Shown here: one piece after another, positions 49,355 through 58,670 of the stretch
Numbering within the stretch: position 1 is the first letter of the stretch
How the letters are laid out: each line of letters begins with the position of its first letter
Assembly: GCA_002403855.1 (NCBI GenBank)
Contig: DHIO01000050.1
Coordinates: forward strand, 16,598 to 80,597
Length of the DNA: 64,000 bases
Reading direction: 5' to 3'
Origin: Acidimicrobiia bacterium UBA4744
GTDB taxonomy: Bacteria > Actinomycetota > Acidimicrobiia > Spongiisociales > UBA4744
Notes under the pieces: generated by a model
Databases searched by the model: none
The model's input: only the letters and a program-made list of their open reading frames with translations
Told to the model about the DNA's origin: nothing
Position numbers and translations under genes: made by a program

Positions 49355-50035
49355 ATGCCTTTGGCTGATTGCGAGCGTCTGGTCGAGGGATTCCTGAAGC
49401 AACCGGTCAACGCGGTGAGCAGCCTGGCATTCGTCCTGGTGGGCGTGCTGGTACCGCTGGTCGTCCGGCACCGTGGGGGAAGGCATCCCATGCCCGGTGA
49501 CCTCTACGGGTTGGTGCTGGTTCTGGTCGGCGCCGGCAGTGTGGCTTTCCACGGCCCGGGTGGAGTGATCGCCGATTGGCTTCATGATGCCTCGATCACG
49601 GCACTGCTTCTCCTGATCCTGGCCTTCGAGTTGGGGCACCGGGCGGGTTGGAGCACCCGGCAGATAGCCGCCGCTTGGGCCGTGGTGGCGGGAGGCTTGA
49701 TGCTGGTGGAATGGGTCTGGCCGCGAGCGGGAGATTCGTTGAACAGCCCTTTGGCCTTCTTTGCCGTATCGAGCGCGGTTTGGCCTCAGCTACGACCCGG
49801 TCGGCGGCCGACCGGCCTCCCGAAGGAGGGGGTGCACCGGGCGCGGGTTCTCGGAGCCGCCATCGTGGCGTTGGGCGCACTGGTGATGCTGCTGAGCCGG
49901 ACCGGTGGGCCTCTCTGTGATCCCGCCACCGTGGTTCAGGGCCACAGCATCTGGCACGTACTGGCCGCCGTCGGTATCGGTCTGTACGCGGTTTCGGTCA
50001 CGGAAATCGACCGGCCGGTCAAGGTGTCTCTCTGA
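49355..50035 (+). CDS. hypothetical integral membrane protein
   Basis: 6-7 hydrophobic helices; no confident family call. Confidence 0.5.
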   Translation: MPLADCERLVEGFLKQPVNAVSSLAFVLVGVLVPLVVRHRGGRHPMPGDLYGLVLVLVGAGSVAFHGPGGVIADWLHDASITALLLLILAFELGHRAGWSTRQIAAAWAVVAGGLMLVEWVWPRAGDSLNSPLAFFAVSSAVWPQLRPGRRPTGLPKEGVHRARVLGAAIVALGALVMLLSRTGGPLCDPATVVQGHSIWHVLAAVGIGLYAVSVTEIDRPVKVSL

Positions 50036-51539
50036 TCCACTCGCGGCCGGTTGCCAGCGCCACACACCGGTAGGCACCGTCGTAGACACCGATGCTCTTG
50101 TTGGCGACGATGGCATCACAGTACATGTCGAGCAGATCCTCTTCATAAGTCAACAGATCGATCGCCTGCAAGGTTCGAGGAATCGTGCGGGTCTCGATCG
50201 TACCGTCGCCGAGTTCGGCAGCCCGGATGGCACCCCAGGCTTCGTGACCGCCGACCCGCTCGTTGAAGATCTTCGGAACCGGGTAGAAAGCCAGTTCGCT
50301 CGGCTTGGTGATCAGAACGTCGACCACCCGCATCAGGTAATTGGTCGAGTACACAGCGTGGAAGATATTGTCGTAGAGGAATACGTGGAGGCCGGACGCC
50401 GGCCTGGTTCTGATCTCATCCGCCAGGGCCCGGGTTTTCTCCCAGGTGTTGTGCAGTCGGACGCGGTCGACATGACCACCGAGCTGCTTGCGGAGCCAGG
50501 TCCAGTTGTCCGCGTGATCTCCGAGATTGACGAACAGGGCCACGTCGTCGCGCTGGATCATCGGTATCGCGTGTTCGATGATGGCCTTGAACAAATCGCG
50601 CTGCGCTCCCGCCCCGCCCATCGTCAGCAGGAACCGGCGGGGTTGATGGTCGTTCATACGATCCAGCCGTCTTGTGCAGTCCGCTTCGATGTTCTCCACC
50701 AACTCATGATCTACGTGGTGACCTACGTAGTACAGAGCGTCCCCGGGGACGGGTTTGAGAATCCGATCGTCCTCGTCAAAACCGTTCATGATGCGGAACC
50801 CGTAGTAGCCGGAAGGCGATTGCACGCCGTGCTTGGCTCCTTCGGTCAACTGGAACGCCATCGGCCAGTTGTCGAACACCATGTCCACGACGTTGGTCAT
50901 GCCGCCGGCCACGGCTCCCATGCAGTTCCACATATGGGCAGTGAGTATCGGGATGTCGTCCGGAAGCGCGTTGTGCATCGGCCCGAACAATTCACTCATC
51001 CGAAAGTCACGAGCGTTGGCCTTGAGGAATCGCCACGGCCACCCTGCCGCGTAGTTGTTGAGGAGCCACGCCACACCGGGCAGAGTTTTGTTGCCCGTTG
51101 TGACGGCTTCCCAAACATGCTCGTTGAAGAAACTGCTTCGCTGGGAGAGCCTGGAGAACCAGCTGTATCGAGTATTCCACCAGTTGATGACATCCGAGGT
51201 GATACCAGGTATGGAGAGAAGATCCAGCCAGAGGGGAGTAAATCCCATCGCCCGGGCCGCCGAGGCGCCGGCCATGGCGATCCGGTAGTGTCCGAAACCC
51301 ATCCGCACCGTGCCGAGCACTACGCCCGAGTCGGACTCGATCGGATCACCTTCCCCATCTCGGACGATGCTCTTGAGGCCGAAGATCGGACCCAGGTAGT
51401 CGTTGTCGACCAGGCTCAGGTCGTACGATTCGTCGGGATCATACGAGAACTTCCGCCGGAACATCTCTTGCCAGTCGGCAGCTTTGCGAGCGTCGGCCGG
51501 TTGGAGCGGATTGCCGTACAGCGAGAATTGATCGGGCAT
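50019..51539 (-). CDS. putative GT-B glycosyltransferase (MurG/MGDG-synthase-like C-terminal half, unrecognised N-terminal half)
   Basis: C-terminal RRFLLTMGGAGAQ...VDVLITKPSELAFYPVPKIF...ERVGGHEAWGA...ELGDG matches the GT28 donor-binding half. Start ATG 51539 with GAGGTGGTGAG RBS; the track's N-terminal extension is rejected. Confidence 0.5.
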   Translation of the reverse strand: MPDQFSLYGNPLQPADARKAADWQEMFRRKFSYDPDESYDLSLVDNDYLGPIFGLKSIVRDGEGDPIESDSGVVLGTVRMGFGHYRIAMAGASAARAMGFTPLWLDLLSIPGITSDVINWWNTRYSWFSRLSQRSSFFNEHVWEAVTTGNKTLPGVAWLLNNYAAGWPWRFLKANARDFRMSELFGPMHNALPDDIPILTAHMWNCMGAVAGGMTNVVDMVFDNWPMAFQLTEGAKHGVQSPSGYYGFRIMNGFDEDDRILKPVPGDALYYVGHHVDHELVENIEADCTRRLDRMNDHQPRRFLLTMGGAGAQRDLFKAIIEHAIPMIQRDDVALFVNLGDHADNWTWLRKQLGGHVDRVRLHNTWEKTRALADEIRTRPASGLHVFLYDNIFHAVYSTNYLMRVVDVLITKPSELAFYPVPKIFNERVGGHEAWGAIRAAELGDGTIETRTIPRTLQAIDLLTYEEDLLDMYCDAIVANKSIGVYDGAYRCVALATGREWIRETP

Positions 51540-51721
51540 CTCACCACCTCGGTAGCCAGAGGTTGTGAGTGTATCGGTCCTCGCCCCAGGGTGCTTCAGG
51601 ATGAAGGGCCGGCCGGGCTCAGACTCTACGACCACCACGAGGGCTGATACGGTAGAGGGTCGAATGTCCGGACGCGGCGGCAGCCGACCACGTCCCACAG
51701 GCACAGGAAGAAGAACGAACG

Positions 51722-52138
51722 ATGAACGAAGAATTCGAAGGCTTCGGGGATTTCGACCCGGCCGAGCACGAGGACGAAGCCCGGGAGCGGTGGGGAGACA
51801 GCAAGGCATACGCCGAATCGGCAGTCCGCGCCGGCCGCTACACCAAGGACGACTGGAAACAGATGACGGAGGAGGCCGAGAGCATCAACCAGCGGCTGGC
51901 AGAACTGATGGTGGGCGGGGCAGCTCCCGATGCGGTCGAGTGTATGGATGCCGCCGAAGCTCACCGGCAGCATATCGACCGGTGGTTCTATTCGTGCTCG
52001 CTCGAATCGCACGTCGGGTTGGGTGAGATGTACGTTGCCGATCCCCGCTTCACCAGATTCTGGGAGGGCTACCAACCCGGCCTGGCAGCTTTTGCGCGTG
52101 ACGCCTTTCGTGCCAACGCCGAGCGGCAGACGGGCTAG
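51722..52138 (+). CDS. TipAS antibiotic-recognition domain protein
   Basis: MNEEFEGFGDFDP...WGDSKAY...YVADPRFTRFWEG matches the stand-alone TipAS/Mta C-terminal domain. Confidence 0.75.
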   Translation: MNEEFEGFGDFDPAEHEDEARERWGDSKAYAESAVRAGRYTKDDWKQMTEEAESINQRLAELMVGGAAPDAVECMDAAEAHRQHIDRWFYSCSLESHVGLGEMYVADPRFTRFWEGYQPGLAAFARDAFRANAERQTG

Positions 52139-52141
52139 AGG

Positions 52142-52792
52142 CTATTCAAAACCGGCCATCAGATCGCTGAACGCGGCCAGGCCGCTTCCCAGGGCATCCG
52201 CCAGTGAGGCCAGCTCCGTTGCTGCGACGTCTACCGCGACAGGGATGGTGAGGCTGACCGGCACTTCGGCGGAAACAGGAATCACTTCGTTGATGGACAA
52301 AGGGATCTCGAGATCGACCGGAAGATCCAATTGGATGGGTACGGTGACTTCGAGGGGAATCTCGGTGTCGAAAGGACCGGCGATGGTGATGGTCGTGTCC
52401 ACGACCTGATCGATGGGGAAGGTGGTCTGGATCGGGACGGCCAAGGTGCGATCGAGAACGATTTCAGACTCGATGACGATGTCCTCGTCGATCGGAACTT
52501 CGAACTCGATGGTCGACGAACGGAACGAGTTGAGGCCCGCCACCGCCTCGTCGAGGCCGCGACTCACCTCCGGCGCCAGTTGGGCGAGCTGTTCCTGCAG
52601 TCCGGTGACCTGGGAAGCGAAAAGACCGGCACCGATCTCGACCCGAGCTAGGTCGTCGGCATTCTTCTCAATCCGGGACTCCATCGAGTCGACGCGGATC
52701 AGCAGCATGAGGTTGATGATCAAGGAAACGACCAGCAGGGCACCGAGGCCCACGGCGATGGCTGCGATATTCCGGGTGACGAAGTCCTTCAT
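52142..52792 (-). CDS. hypothetical membrane-anchored protein
   Basis: N-terminal TM, coiled-coil segment, then a repetitive V/P/I/E-rich region; no family call. Confidence 0.45.
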   Translation of the reverse strand: MKDFVTRNIAAIAVGLGALLVVSLIINLMLLIRVDSMESRIEKNADDLARVEIGAGLFASQVTGLQEQLAQLAPEVSRGLDEAVAGLNSFRSSTIEFEVPIDEDIVIESEIVLDRTLAVPIQTTFPIDQVVDTTITIAGPFDTEIPLEVTVPIQLDLPVDLEIPLSINEVIPVSAEVPVSLTIPVAVDVAATELASLADALGSGLAAFSDLMAGFE

Positions 52793-52946
52793 GATGCTCC
52801 TCGAGTATTCGACCGGTTGCGGGCCTCAGTGATTCTTCATGCCCTCGTTTGGGTCCCGTCGCAACGGTACTCGTAGCCGGGCCGGCGGAAGTGTCGACCG
52901 GCGAACTGGACCTCCGTCCCGGCCCATGTTCGTTGGAGCCCGAAAG

Positions 52947-54194
52947 TTACTCTGCCTGGACTTCGATTGGATCGGAGACGGCGTCTTCTCGGCGCGCCAG
53001 AGCCAAGAATGGGATTGCGAATACCTGAATGGCTGCAGAGACGGCGTAGGAGGCGGAGTATCCGGCTACGTCGGCCACCCGACCCAGCACAGGCTGGGCC
53101 GCCACTCCGCCCGTGGAGCCCATGAGGGCGTCGAAAGAGAGAACCGTGGCACGCTGTTCCGACGGGATCAACCCGTTCAGGTAGGCCTGGCGAATGGGGG
53201 CAGCGGCGGCGAAGGTCAGTGCCCAGGCCACCAGGAGGGCGATGGCCAACCAGAAGTTCGAGGTCCAGCCGATCAGTGCCAGCGTCGCCACGCTGACGGC
53301 TCCGGCCAGTATCAACGCGTGGGTACGGCGGGCAAAGAGCTTCCGAACCCGCGGAACGACCAAACCGCCCATGATCTGGGCCCCGGCAACAATGGCTGCA
53401 GCCAGTCCGGCGATGCCAAAAGCATCGGGATCGCCGTACAGCTCGAGCAGGTAGGGCTGCATGGCGTAGAAGGCATAGAAGCCGACGCCCATCGAGAATG
53501 GGGCGGCCAGCATCACCCAGCGAATCGGTGGCTTGCGCCATCCGGCATCTATCGAGGACCTGAGAACGGTCTTCACTTCATCGATGGGACCCTTCCCCTT
53601 GGTGGGAGTGAAACCGAGATCGCGCATCAGGAGGAAAGCGGCCAGCATGGTCAGGCCCAGCATGACGGCTCGTATGATGTACGGCACGCCCAGGTTCGTG
53701 GCCTGAGCGATGAAGCCTCCGGCGACCGACCCCGTCAGCATGGCGACCCCCGCCACCGACTGGCCCTTGGCGAAGACCGATTCGAGATCTCCCTCGAATT
53801 TCGTAGACGTGAGCGCATCCACCAGCCATGCCTCTACCGCACCGGAGAAGAAAGTGAAACCCAATCCGATGGAAACCGAGGCGACCGCCCACCCCCAGAA
53901 CGGTGCCTGCGTTTGCCACATGAAGAGGTAGAGGAGTGTGGATACCAGGAGCGTTGCCGCCCCTAGGAGGTAGGAGACGCGCCGGCCCCGCACGTCGGCG
54001 ATCACGCCGGTGGGCACTTCGAAGACCACCTGGCCCGCCGTGAAGAACGCGTTGGCTGCAAATGCCTCGGTGTTGGTCAGCCCGGCGTCCAGCAGGAACA
54101 GCGTGTTGATGCCCCAGATGAAAGACGCCGCAAGAGTGGAAAGAAGGGTGAGCAGGAGGTACGTGCGTTGTACCCGGCGTGCTCCCTCGGTCAT
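52947..54194 (-). CDS. MFS transporter
   Basis: 12 TM; MFS motif GVIADVRGRR between TM2 and TM3. Start ATG 54194. Confidence 0.8.
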   Translation of the reverse strand: MTEGARRVQRTYLLLTLLSTLAASFIWGINTLFLLDAGLTNTEAFAANAFFTAGQVVFEVPTGVIADVRGRRVSYLLGAATLLVSTLLYLFMWQTQAPFWGWAVASVSIGLGFTFFSGAVEAWLVDALTSTKFEGDLESVFAKGQSVAGVAMLTGSVAGGFIAQATNLGVPYIIRAVMLGLTMLAAFLLMRDLGFTPTKGKGPIDEVKTVLRSSIDAGWRKPPIRWVMLAAPFSMGVGFYAFYAMQPYLLELYGDPDAFGIAGLAAAIVAGAQIMGGLVVPRVRKLFARRTHALILAGAVSVATLALIGWTSNFWLAIALLVAWALTFAAAAPIRQAYLNGLIPSEQRATVLSFDALMGSTGGVAAQPVLGRVADVAGYSASYAVSAAIQVFAIPFLALARREDAVSDPIEVQAE

Positions 54195-54241
54195 GGGGAA
54201 CGACCCTACACCGCCGGAACCACTTGACCGACGCGACGCGC

Positions 54242-55423
54242 TTGACTGGGAGAGTGCACAAGATCTCGGTGGCAGAGCGGCGCCGGCGGTTGGGACGCCG
54301 GCATCACCTGTCACAACCAGCGGCAGGAATCGGCGAGGTTGCGGACGACCTCGTTGGTCTTCACTCGAGCGATCCGGTCACGGTCTACCTCTCGGCGCGC
54401 GCCCGGGTCGACGGTCTGACCGTGGGTCACGTCGACGAGGCCCTCTATGAGGACCGCTCGCTGGTGCGAATGCTCGGCATGCGCCGCACGATGTTTGTGG
54501 TTTCTCTCGAGCTGGCCTCCATCATGGATGTGGCCTGCACCCGAGGGTACGTGCCCGCCGAGCGACGCCGTCTCGTGGGCCTCCTCGAGGACCAACTGGT
54601 GGAAAGGGACGGAGAAGCTCGGCTCGAGGAGGTGATCGAGAGAACGATGGACGCTCTCAACCGTCTGGGAGAGGCCACCGCCAAGGAACTGACTGCCGAG
54701 GTGCCGGAGCTGAGCGACAGACTCGCCTTCGGAGAAGGCAAGACATGGCAAGGAACCATGGGCCTCTCGACCCGGGTGCTGTTCCTTCTGGCCACCGACC
54801 GGCGCATCATCCGGGGCCGCCCGGTGGGAACCTGGAAGTCCAGCCAGTACCGGTGGGCTCGTTTCGACCGTTGGGTGCCGGGAGGTCTGGAAGAGGTAGA
54901 GCCGAGCGAAGCGCGTAAGAGACTGGCTCGACGTTGGTTGCGGTCGTTCGGGCCGGGCACGCCGGCAGACCTCAAATGGTGGACCGGTTGGACGGTGAAA
55001 GAAACTCAAACGGCCTTGGAAGCGGTCGATGCGGTGGAAGTCGGGCTGCGGGACGGGAAGGGGTACCTCCTACCTGACGATCTGGGTTCCGACCGAGAGG
55101 TGGGGGAGTGGGTGGCATTCTTGCCCGGGCTCGATCCGACGGTGATGGGCTGGAAGGAGCGGGACTGGTACCTCGGCGGGTATCAGAGCGAGCTCTTCGA
55201 TGCCAACGGCAACGCCGGTCCGACCGTGTGGTGGAACGGCCGTATTGTGGGCGGTTGGGGACAGGGGCCGGACGGAGTCGTGCTGTATGAGTTGCTCGAG
55301 GAAGTGCCGGCAGGCATTTTGGAGCGGATCGAAGCCGAAGCAGAACGGCTCACCGAATGGCTGGCCGGGGAAGTGGTGAGGCCGCGCTTCCCAACCGCTC
55401 TGGAGAAACGCCTCCGGAGCTAG
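54242..55423 (+). CDS. winged-helix DNA-binding domain protein, AlkZ/YcaQ-like (putative crosslink-repair DNA glycosylase family)
   Basis: N-terminal ISVAERRRRLGRRHHL...SSDP and overall ~390-aa architecture typical of the YcaQ/AlkZ family. TTG/GTG start at 54242/54254. Confidence 0.55.
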   Translation: MTGRVHKISVAERRRRLGRRHHLSQPAAGIGEVADDLVGLHSSDPVTVYLSARARVDGLTVGHVDEALYEDRSLVRMLGMRRTMFVVSLELASIMDVACTRGYVPAERRRLVGLLEDQLVERDGEARLEEVIERTMDALNRLGEATAKELTAEVPELSDRLAFGEGKTWQGTMGLSTRVLFLLATDRRIIRGRPVGTWKSSQYRWARFDRWVPGGLEEVEPSEARKRLARRWLRSFGPGTPADLKWWTGWTVKETQTALEAVDAVEVGLRDGKGYLLPDDLGSDREVGEWVAFLPGLDPTVMGWKERDWYLGGYQSELFDANGNAGPTVWWNGRIVGGWGQGPDGVVLYELLEEVPAGILERIEAEAERLTEWLAGEVVRPRFPTALEKRLRS

Positions 55424-55866
55424 CGTCCTCGCTGCCACCACCGACGGCGAGGACGGTGCTCGTCGAGTGCCGCTGCGGCAAGGCTGGTTAGTTCCTCGGT
55501 CTCCATACTCCGAGCTTCCAGCTCAAGGAGCATCCCGTCACGCACCGCAGCGTCCTCGGGAGTAAGCCAACCCTCCTCGATCCTGCCGAGCAAAGCCCGA
55601 GTCAGCGCCAGGTCGTACCGGTCGAGGGCCACCCTCGCCTCTTCCAGACGTCTCCGGTTCGCCTCTTCACGCCGACGGCTCCAGCGTTGAGCGGCGTCGA
55701 GGTGGACTCGGGCGGCCGCCGCCAGATCGTTGGAGAGCAGGTCGAGGAGACGCGCCGTCTCCGGTTGAGCGTCGATTTCCAGCAGAGCCCGATAGTCGTC
55801 GCGCACCGCCAAGGTGCGAATCCGGCTCGTCAGCTGCTGCGCCCTCTCCAGGTCTTTCTTCTCCAT
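55420..55866 (-). CDS. hypothetical protein (Arg/Glu/Leu-rich, helical)
   Basis: 148 aa, coding-like bias; convergent 4-nt overlap with the AlkZ-like gene. Confidence 0.4.
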   Translation of the reverse strand: MEKKDLERAQQLTSRIRTLAVRDDYRALLEIDAQPETARLLDLLSNDLAAAARVHLDAAQRWSRRREEANRRRLEEARVALDRYDLALTRALLGRIEEGWLTPEDAAVRDGMLLELEARSMETEELTSLAAAALDEHRPRRRWWQRGR

Positions 55867-55944
55867 AGGGGGAGCAGGCTACCGGCAAGCGGCGGTAACG
55901 AGGCTTCCCTGGATCGAGCAACACTCCTCCATCGGAGGGCTATT

Positions 55945-57018
55945 TCAAGGGACGAGGATGACCGTCGTCCCGATGGGCGCCCAGTGGTACAGCGCCTCCG
56001 CCTTGTCATCCGGTTGCCGGACACAACCGCCGCTCCGAAATTCGCCCAATTCCTCTTCCGTCTGTAGCGGCCGACCGTCGGGTCCGAGAGGTATCGAATG
56101 GAATCCGTACGCCACACGAGGACCATGAGCGAAACGGACCATGTGGCGCATGGTGATCCCGCCCGACACGGCTCGCGCTTCTATCGACTTTGAGAAGACG
56201 TGGTAGATACCCGGAGCGGGAATCCCTTGACGTCCGGAGACGAGGTACGTGTCGACCAGTTGCTCGTGTTCGTCGATCAACCACACTCGCTGCTCGGCGT
56301 TGGCGTAGATGATACGTTTGCCTGCGCCCACCATTGGGGGTGGAGGCGCCGCTCGGGGAGCCGGGACGAGCGGGTTCAGGCCAAGGGCCCTGACCAGGAA
56401 CACCGCCATCTGACGGCGTGTCACCGTCGCTTCAGGGCAGTAGCGGTCGGCCCCGCATCCCAGAGTGATTCCGGCCCCCGCCAACCGGTTGATGTCGGCC
56501 TGGAACAGAGAGGCTTCGTCGTCGACGAACGGGTCCGTTTCAGGCTCTTCTGCCAACCCGAACCCCCGCACCAGAAAGCTGGCCATCTCGCCGCGAGTGA
56601 TCGGACGGTTCGGGCAGAAACGGTCCTGATCGGGAGGATTACACCCCTCTGTGATGCCCGCCGCCGCCAGAGCGTTGATGGCTCCCTCGTGTCCGGAGCC
56701 GTCGTCATCGACAAACGGATCGGCGGAGGATGAAGGGAGTTGAAGTGCCCGCACGAGGAACGCAGCCATTTCCCCGCGGGTCAGGTTGAGGTCCGGACAG
56801 AAGCGATCGTTGGCAGGAGGGTTGCAACCGGCTGTGATACCGGCGACGGCGATTGCCTCGACATATCCCTCTTCCGCGTAGCCATCGTCGTCCACGAACG
56901 TCCCCCCGGGAGGGGGTGGGACCGAGTCGTATTCGGCGGACACGCCCACAGGTCCGGTCACGAGGAGACTCAGCGCCGCCAGGCCGACCATCGCCAAGCG
57001 GAAGATGCCTCTTTGCAT
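55945..57018 (-). CDS. secreted L,D-transpeptidase (YkuD domain) with three SLH-like repeats
   Basis: Signal peptide (MQRGIFRLAMVGLAALSLLVTGPVGVSA). Three ~55-aa repeats FVDD..G..E..I..LA.AGIT.GC....FCP....TR.EMA.FLVR matching S-layer-homology motifs. Pro linker. C-terminal HSIPL...SGGCVRQ LDT catalytic motif. Strong RBS AAAGGAG. Confidence 0.7.
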   Translation of the reverse strand: MQRGIFRLAMVGLAALSLLVTGPVGVSAEYDSVPPPPGGTFVDDDGYAEEGYVEAIAVAGITAGCNPPANDRFCPDLNLTRGEMAAFLVRALQLPSSSADPFVDDDGSGHEGAINALAAAGITEGCNPPDQDRFCPNRPITRGEMASFLVRGFGLAEEPETDPFVDDEASLFQADINRLAGAGITLGCGADRYCPEATVTRRQMAVFLVRALGLNPLVPAPRAAPPPPMVGAGKRIIYANAEQRVWLIDEHEQLVDTYLVSGRQGIPAPGIYHVFSKSIEARAVSGGITMRHMVRFAHGPRVAYGFHSIPLGPDGRPLQTEEELGEFRSGGCVRQPDDKAEALYHWAPIGTTVILVP

Positions 57019-57226
57019 CACGCCGTTACTCCTTTCGTGAACACTCTGCGAGGTCGTTCGGTTCAACCTACTCAACGGTCGCTGGGCCGTGCCGGGATTC
57101 ATATCGGCACAAACGGAAGGAAACTACAGGGCGCAGTGCCGGGTGCCGCCGGGCACACTCATCGGGGACGGTCACCGCACAGAAGTCCGCCGGAATCGCC
57201 GGCACCGGAAGCCTCGGGTCGATGGG

Positions 57227-57685
57227 TCAAGCCCCGCGGGAAGTCGTCGCTTCCTCGACGGCGTCGGCGATGTGGTCGACGTAGCGAGCGATAGAGTGAT
57301 CAGAGAAGTGATCGATCTTCCCCTCTTTCAAGCCATGGAGAAAACCTCGCCAGCGGTCCTTCGTCCGCTGTCGCTTCGTCATCCTGCGAATCTTGCCGTA
57401 GGTGTTGATGTAGAACCGCACGCCGGTGTGGCGGTAGCCGAGCCAGGTAGGAGGCACCCGCGGCACGATGTCGTTGTTGTTCACCCAACGGGTCAGGTCC
57501 ACGTCGACGTTGTTGATATAGCGCTTGGTGCCTACCCGGGGCGCTCCAAAGGTGTAGAGAGTGGTCGTCAGGAGAACGGTAGGGGAGCGCGGGACGTGCC
57601 GTCCAGGGCCGGGACGCTGGCGCGCGGGTGGGAATCTCGCTCTACCTGGGATGCAGGGCCGTCGGTTTGTCCACGCTCTCGCCAA
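57227..57685 (-). pseudogene. 5'-truncated class-3 lipase remnant (C-terminal Asp/His part only)
   Basis: LYTFGAPRVGTKRY...NNNDIVPRVPP...DHFSDHSIARY matches the C-terminal third of Lipase_3 (catalytic Asp and His). The GHSLGG serine region is absent in all three upstream frames. Confidence 0.5.
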
Positions 57686-58089
57686 CCGACCGGCGCGTTC
57701 GTGAGAATCACAGCATCAGTCTGACGGTCGGGCCGTTCGCATCGGCGTACCGCGTTGCCGAAAGAGGAGGGGGACGAGAGAGCCGATGGCATCAGGACCA
57801 ATAGCTTTACATAACGAGGATTATGGGTCAATCTTCTTGCCGGGCCGTGAGAACGGCCCCGGACCACCAGGTTGAACACGACACTCGGAAACGGCGGCAA
57901 TCTCACATCGATCCCACCGCGCTGGCTCGGAATGGCCGGCGCAATCCGCCCACCCGCACACAAGAGGTGCTGCCCATGGTCGCAGGCGTTTCGGAGTTCC
58001 TCGAGGTCTCGAAGCTCCTCATTGGGCATATCGGCGGCTTGCGCCGGCTCTCCTGCCTCGAAGGCGGCGCATCCCGGTTCAGCGCCGAT

Positions 58090-58107
58090 ATACGTCACGT
58101 GACGTAT
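58090..58107. promoter_or_regulatory. perfect 18-bp palindrome ATACGTCACGTGACGTAT
   Basis: Seen directly, ~155 nt upstream of trxA in an otherwise non-coding 575-nt stretch. Confidence 0.6.
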
Positions 58108-58164
58108 CAACGGACACCTGGGTCCCTCGGGAGAGAGTCGGACGCCGCATCGGCGGTTCGAAAG

Positions 58165-58190
58165 GGAATGTCCAGCGAACAAGGGGGGTT
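58165..58190 (+). promoter_or_regulatory. ECF (SigH/SigR-type) promoter GGAAT-N18-GTT upstream of trxA
   Basis: GGAAT at 58165-58169 and GTT at 58188-58190 with an exactly 18-nt spacer, ~70 nt before the trxA ATG. The GGAAT-N18-GTT spacing is the signature of thiol-stress ECF promoters. Confidence 0.55.
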
Positions 58191-58260
58191 GAAGAAGGGG
58201 TTGGCAAACATACCCCTGGGGGTATACTCCTTCCACCGCACGAGAAAGTGAGCAACATCC

Positions 58261-58647
58261 ATGGCAACCGTGGAACTGACCAAAGAGAACTTCGAGCAAA
58301 CCATCCTCGACAACGAAACCGTATTTGTCGATTTCTGGGCCGAATGGTGCGGACCTTGCCGCTCTTTCGCCCCGACCTACGAATCCGCTTCTGATCAGCA
58401 CGAGGACATAGTGTTTGCCAAGGTCAACACGGAACTCGAGCAGGAATTGGCCGGCTACTTCCAGATCCGCTCGATTCCCACCCTGATGGTCTTTCGCGAC
58501 AACGTGATCCTCTTCTCACAGCCTGGTGCACTCCCGGGCCCGATGCTGGACGATCTGATCACCCAGGTGAAGGCCGTCGACATGGAAGACGTACACCGAC
58601 AGATTGCCGAACACACCGAGCACGAGCACGACGACGCCAACGCCTGA
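58261..58647 (+). CDS. trxA: thioredoxin
   Basis: WCGPC active site, 128 aa with acidic C-terminal tail. Confidence 0.9.
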   Translation: MATVELTKENFEQTILDNETVFVDFWAEWCGPCRSFAPTYESASDQHEDIVFAKVNTELEQELAGYFQIRSIPTLMVFRDNVILFSQPGALPGPMLDDLITQVKAVDMEDVHRQIAEHTEHEHDDANA

Positions 58648-58670
58648 AGGGCTCAGTCCCGGACCGGTGA

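Noticed and set aside
52839-53966. 375-aa plus-strand ORF
   Set aside because: Antisense to the MFS transporter gene; Arg/Gly-rich with no motifs.
57568-58401. 277-aa minus-strand ORF containing a GHSLS string that looked like a lipase nucleophile elbow
   Set aside because: The GHSLS string lies ~200 codons away from, and in a different frame to, the lipase C-terminal remnant (true spacing is ~30 aa). The remainder is low-complexity and overlaps trxA antisense, so it is a coincidental match.
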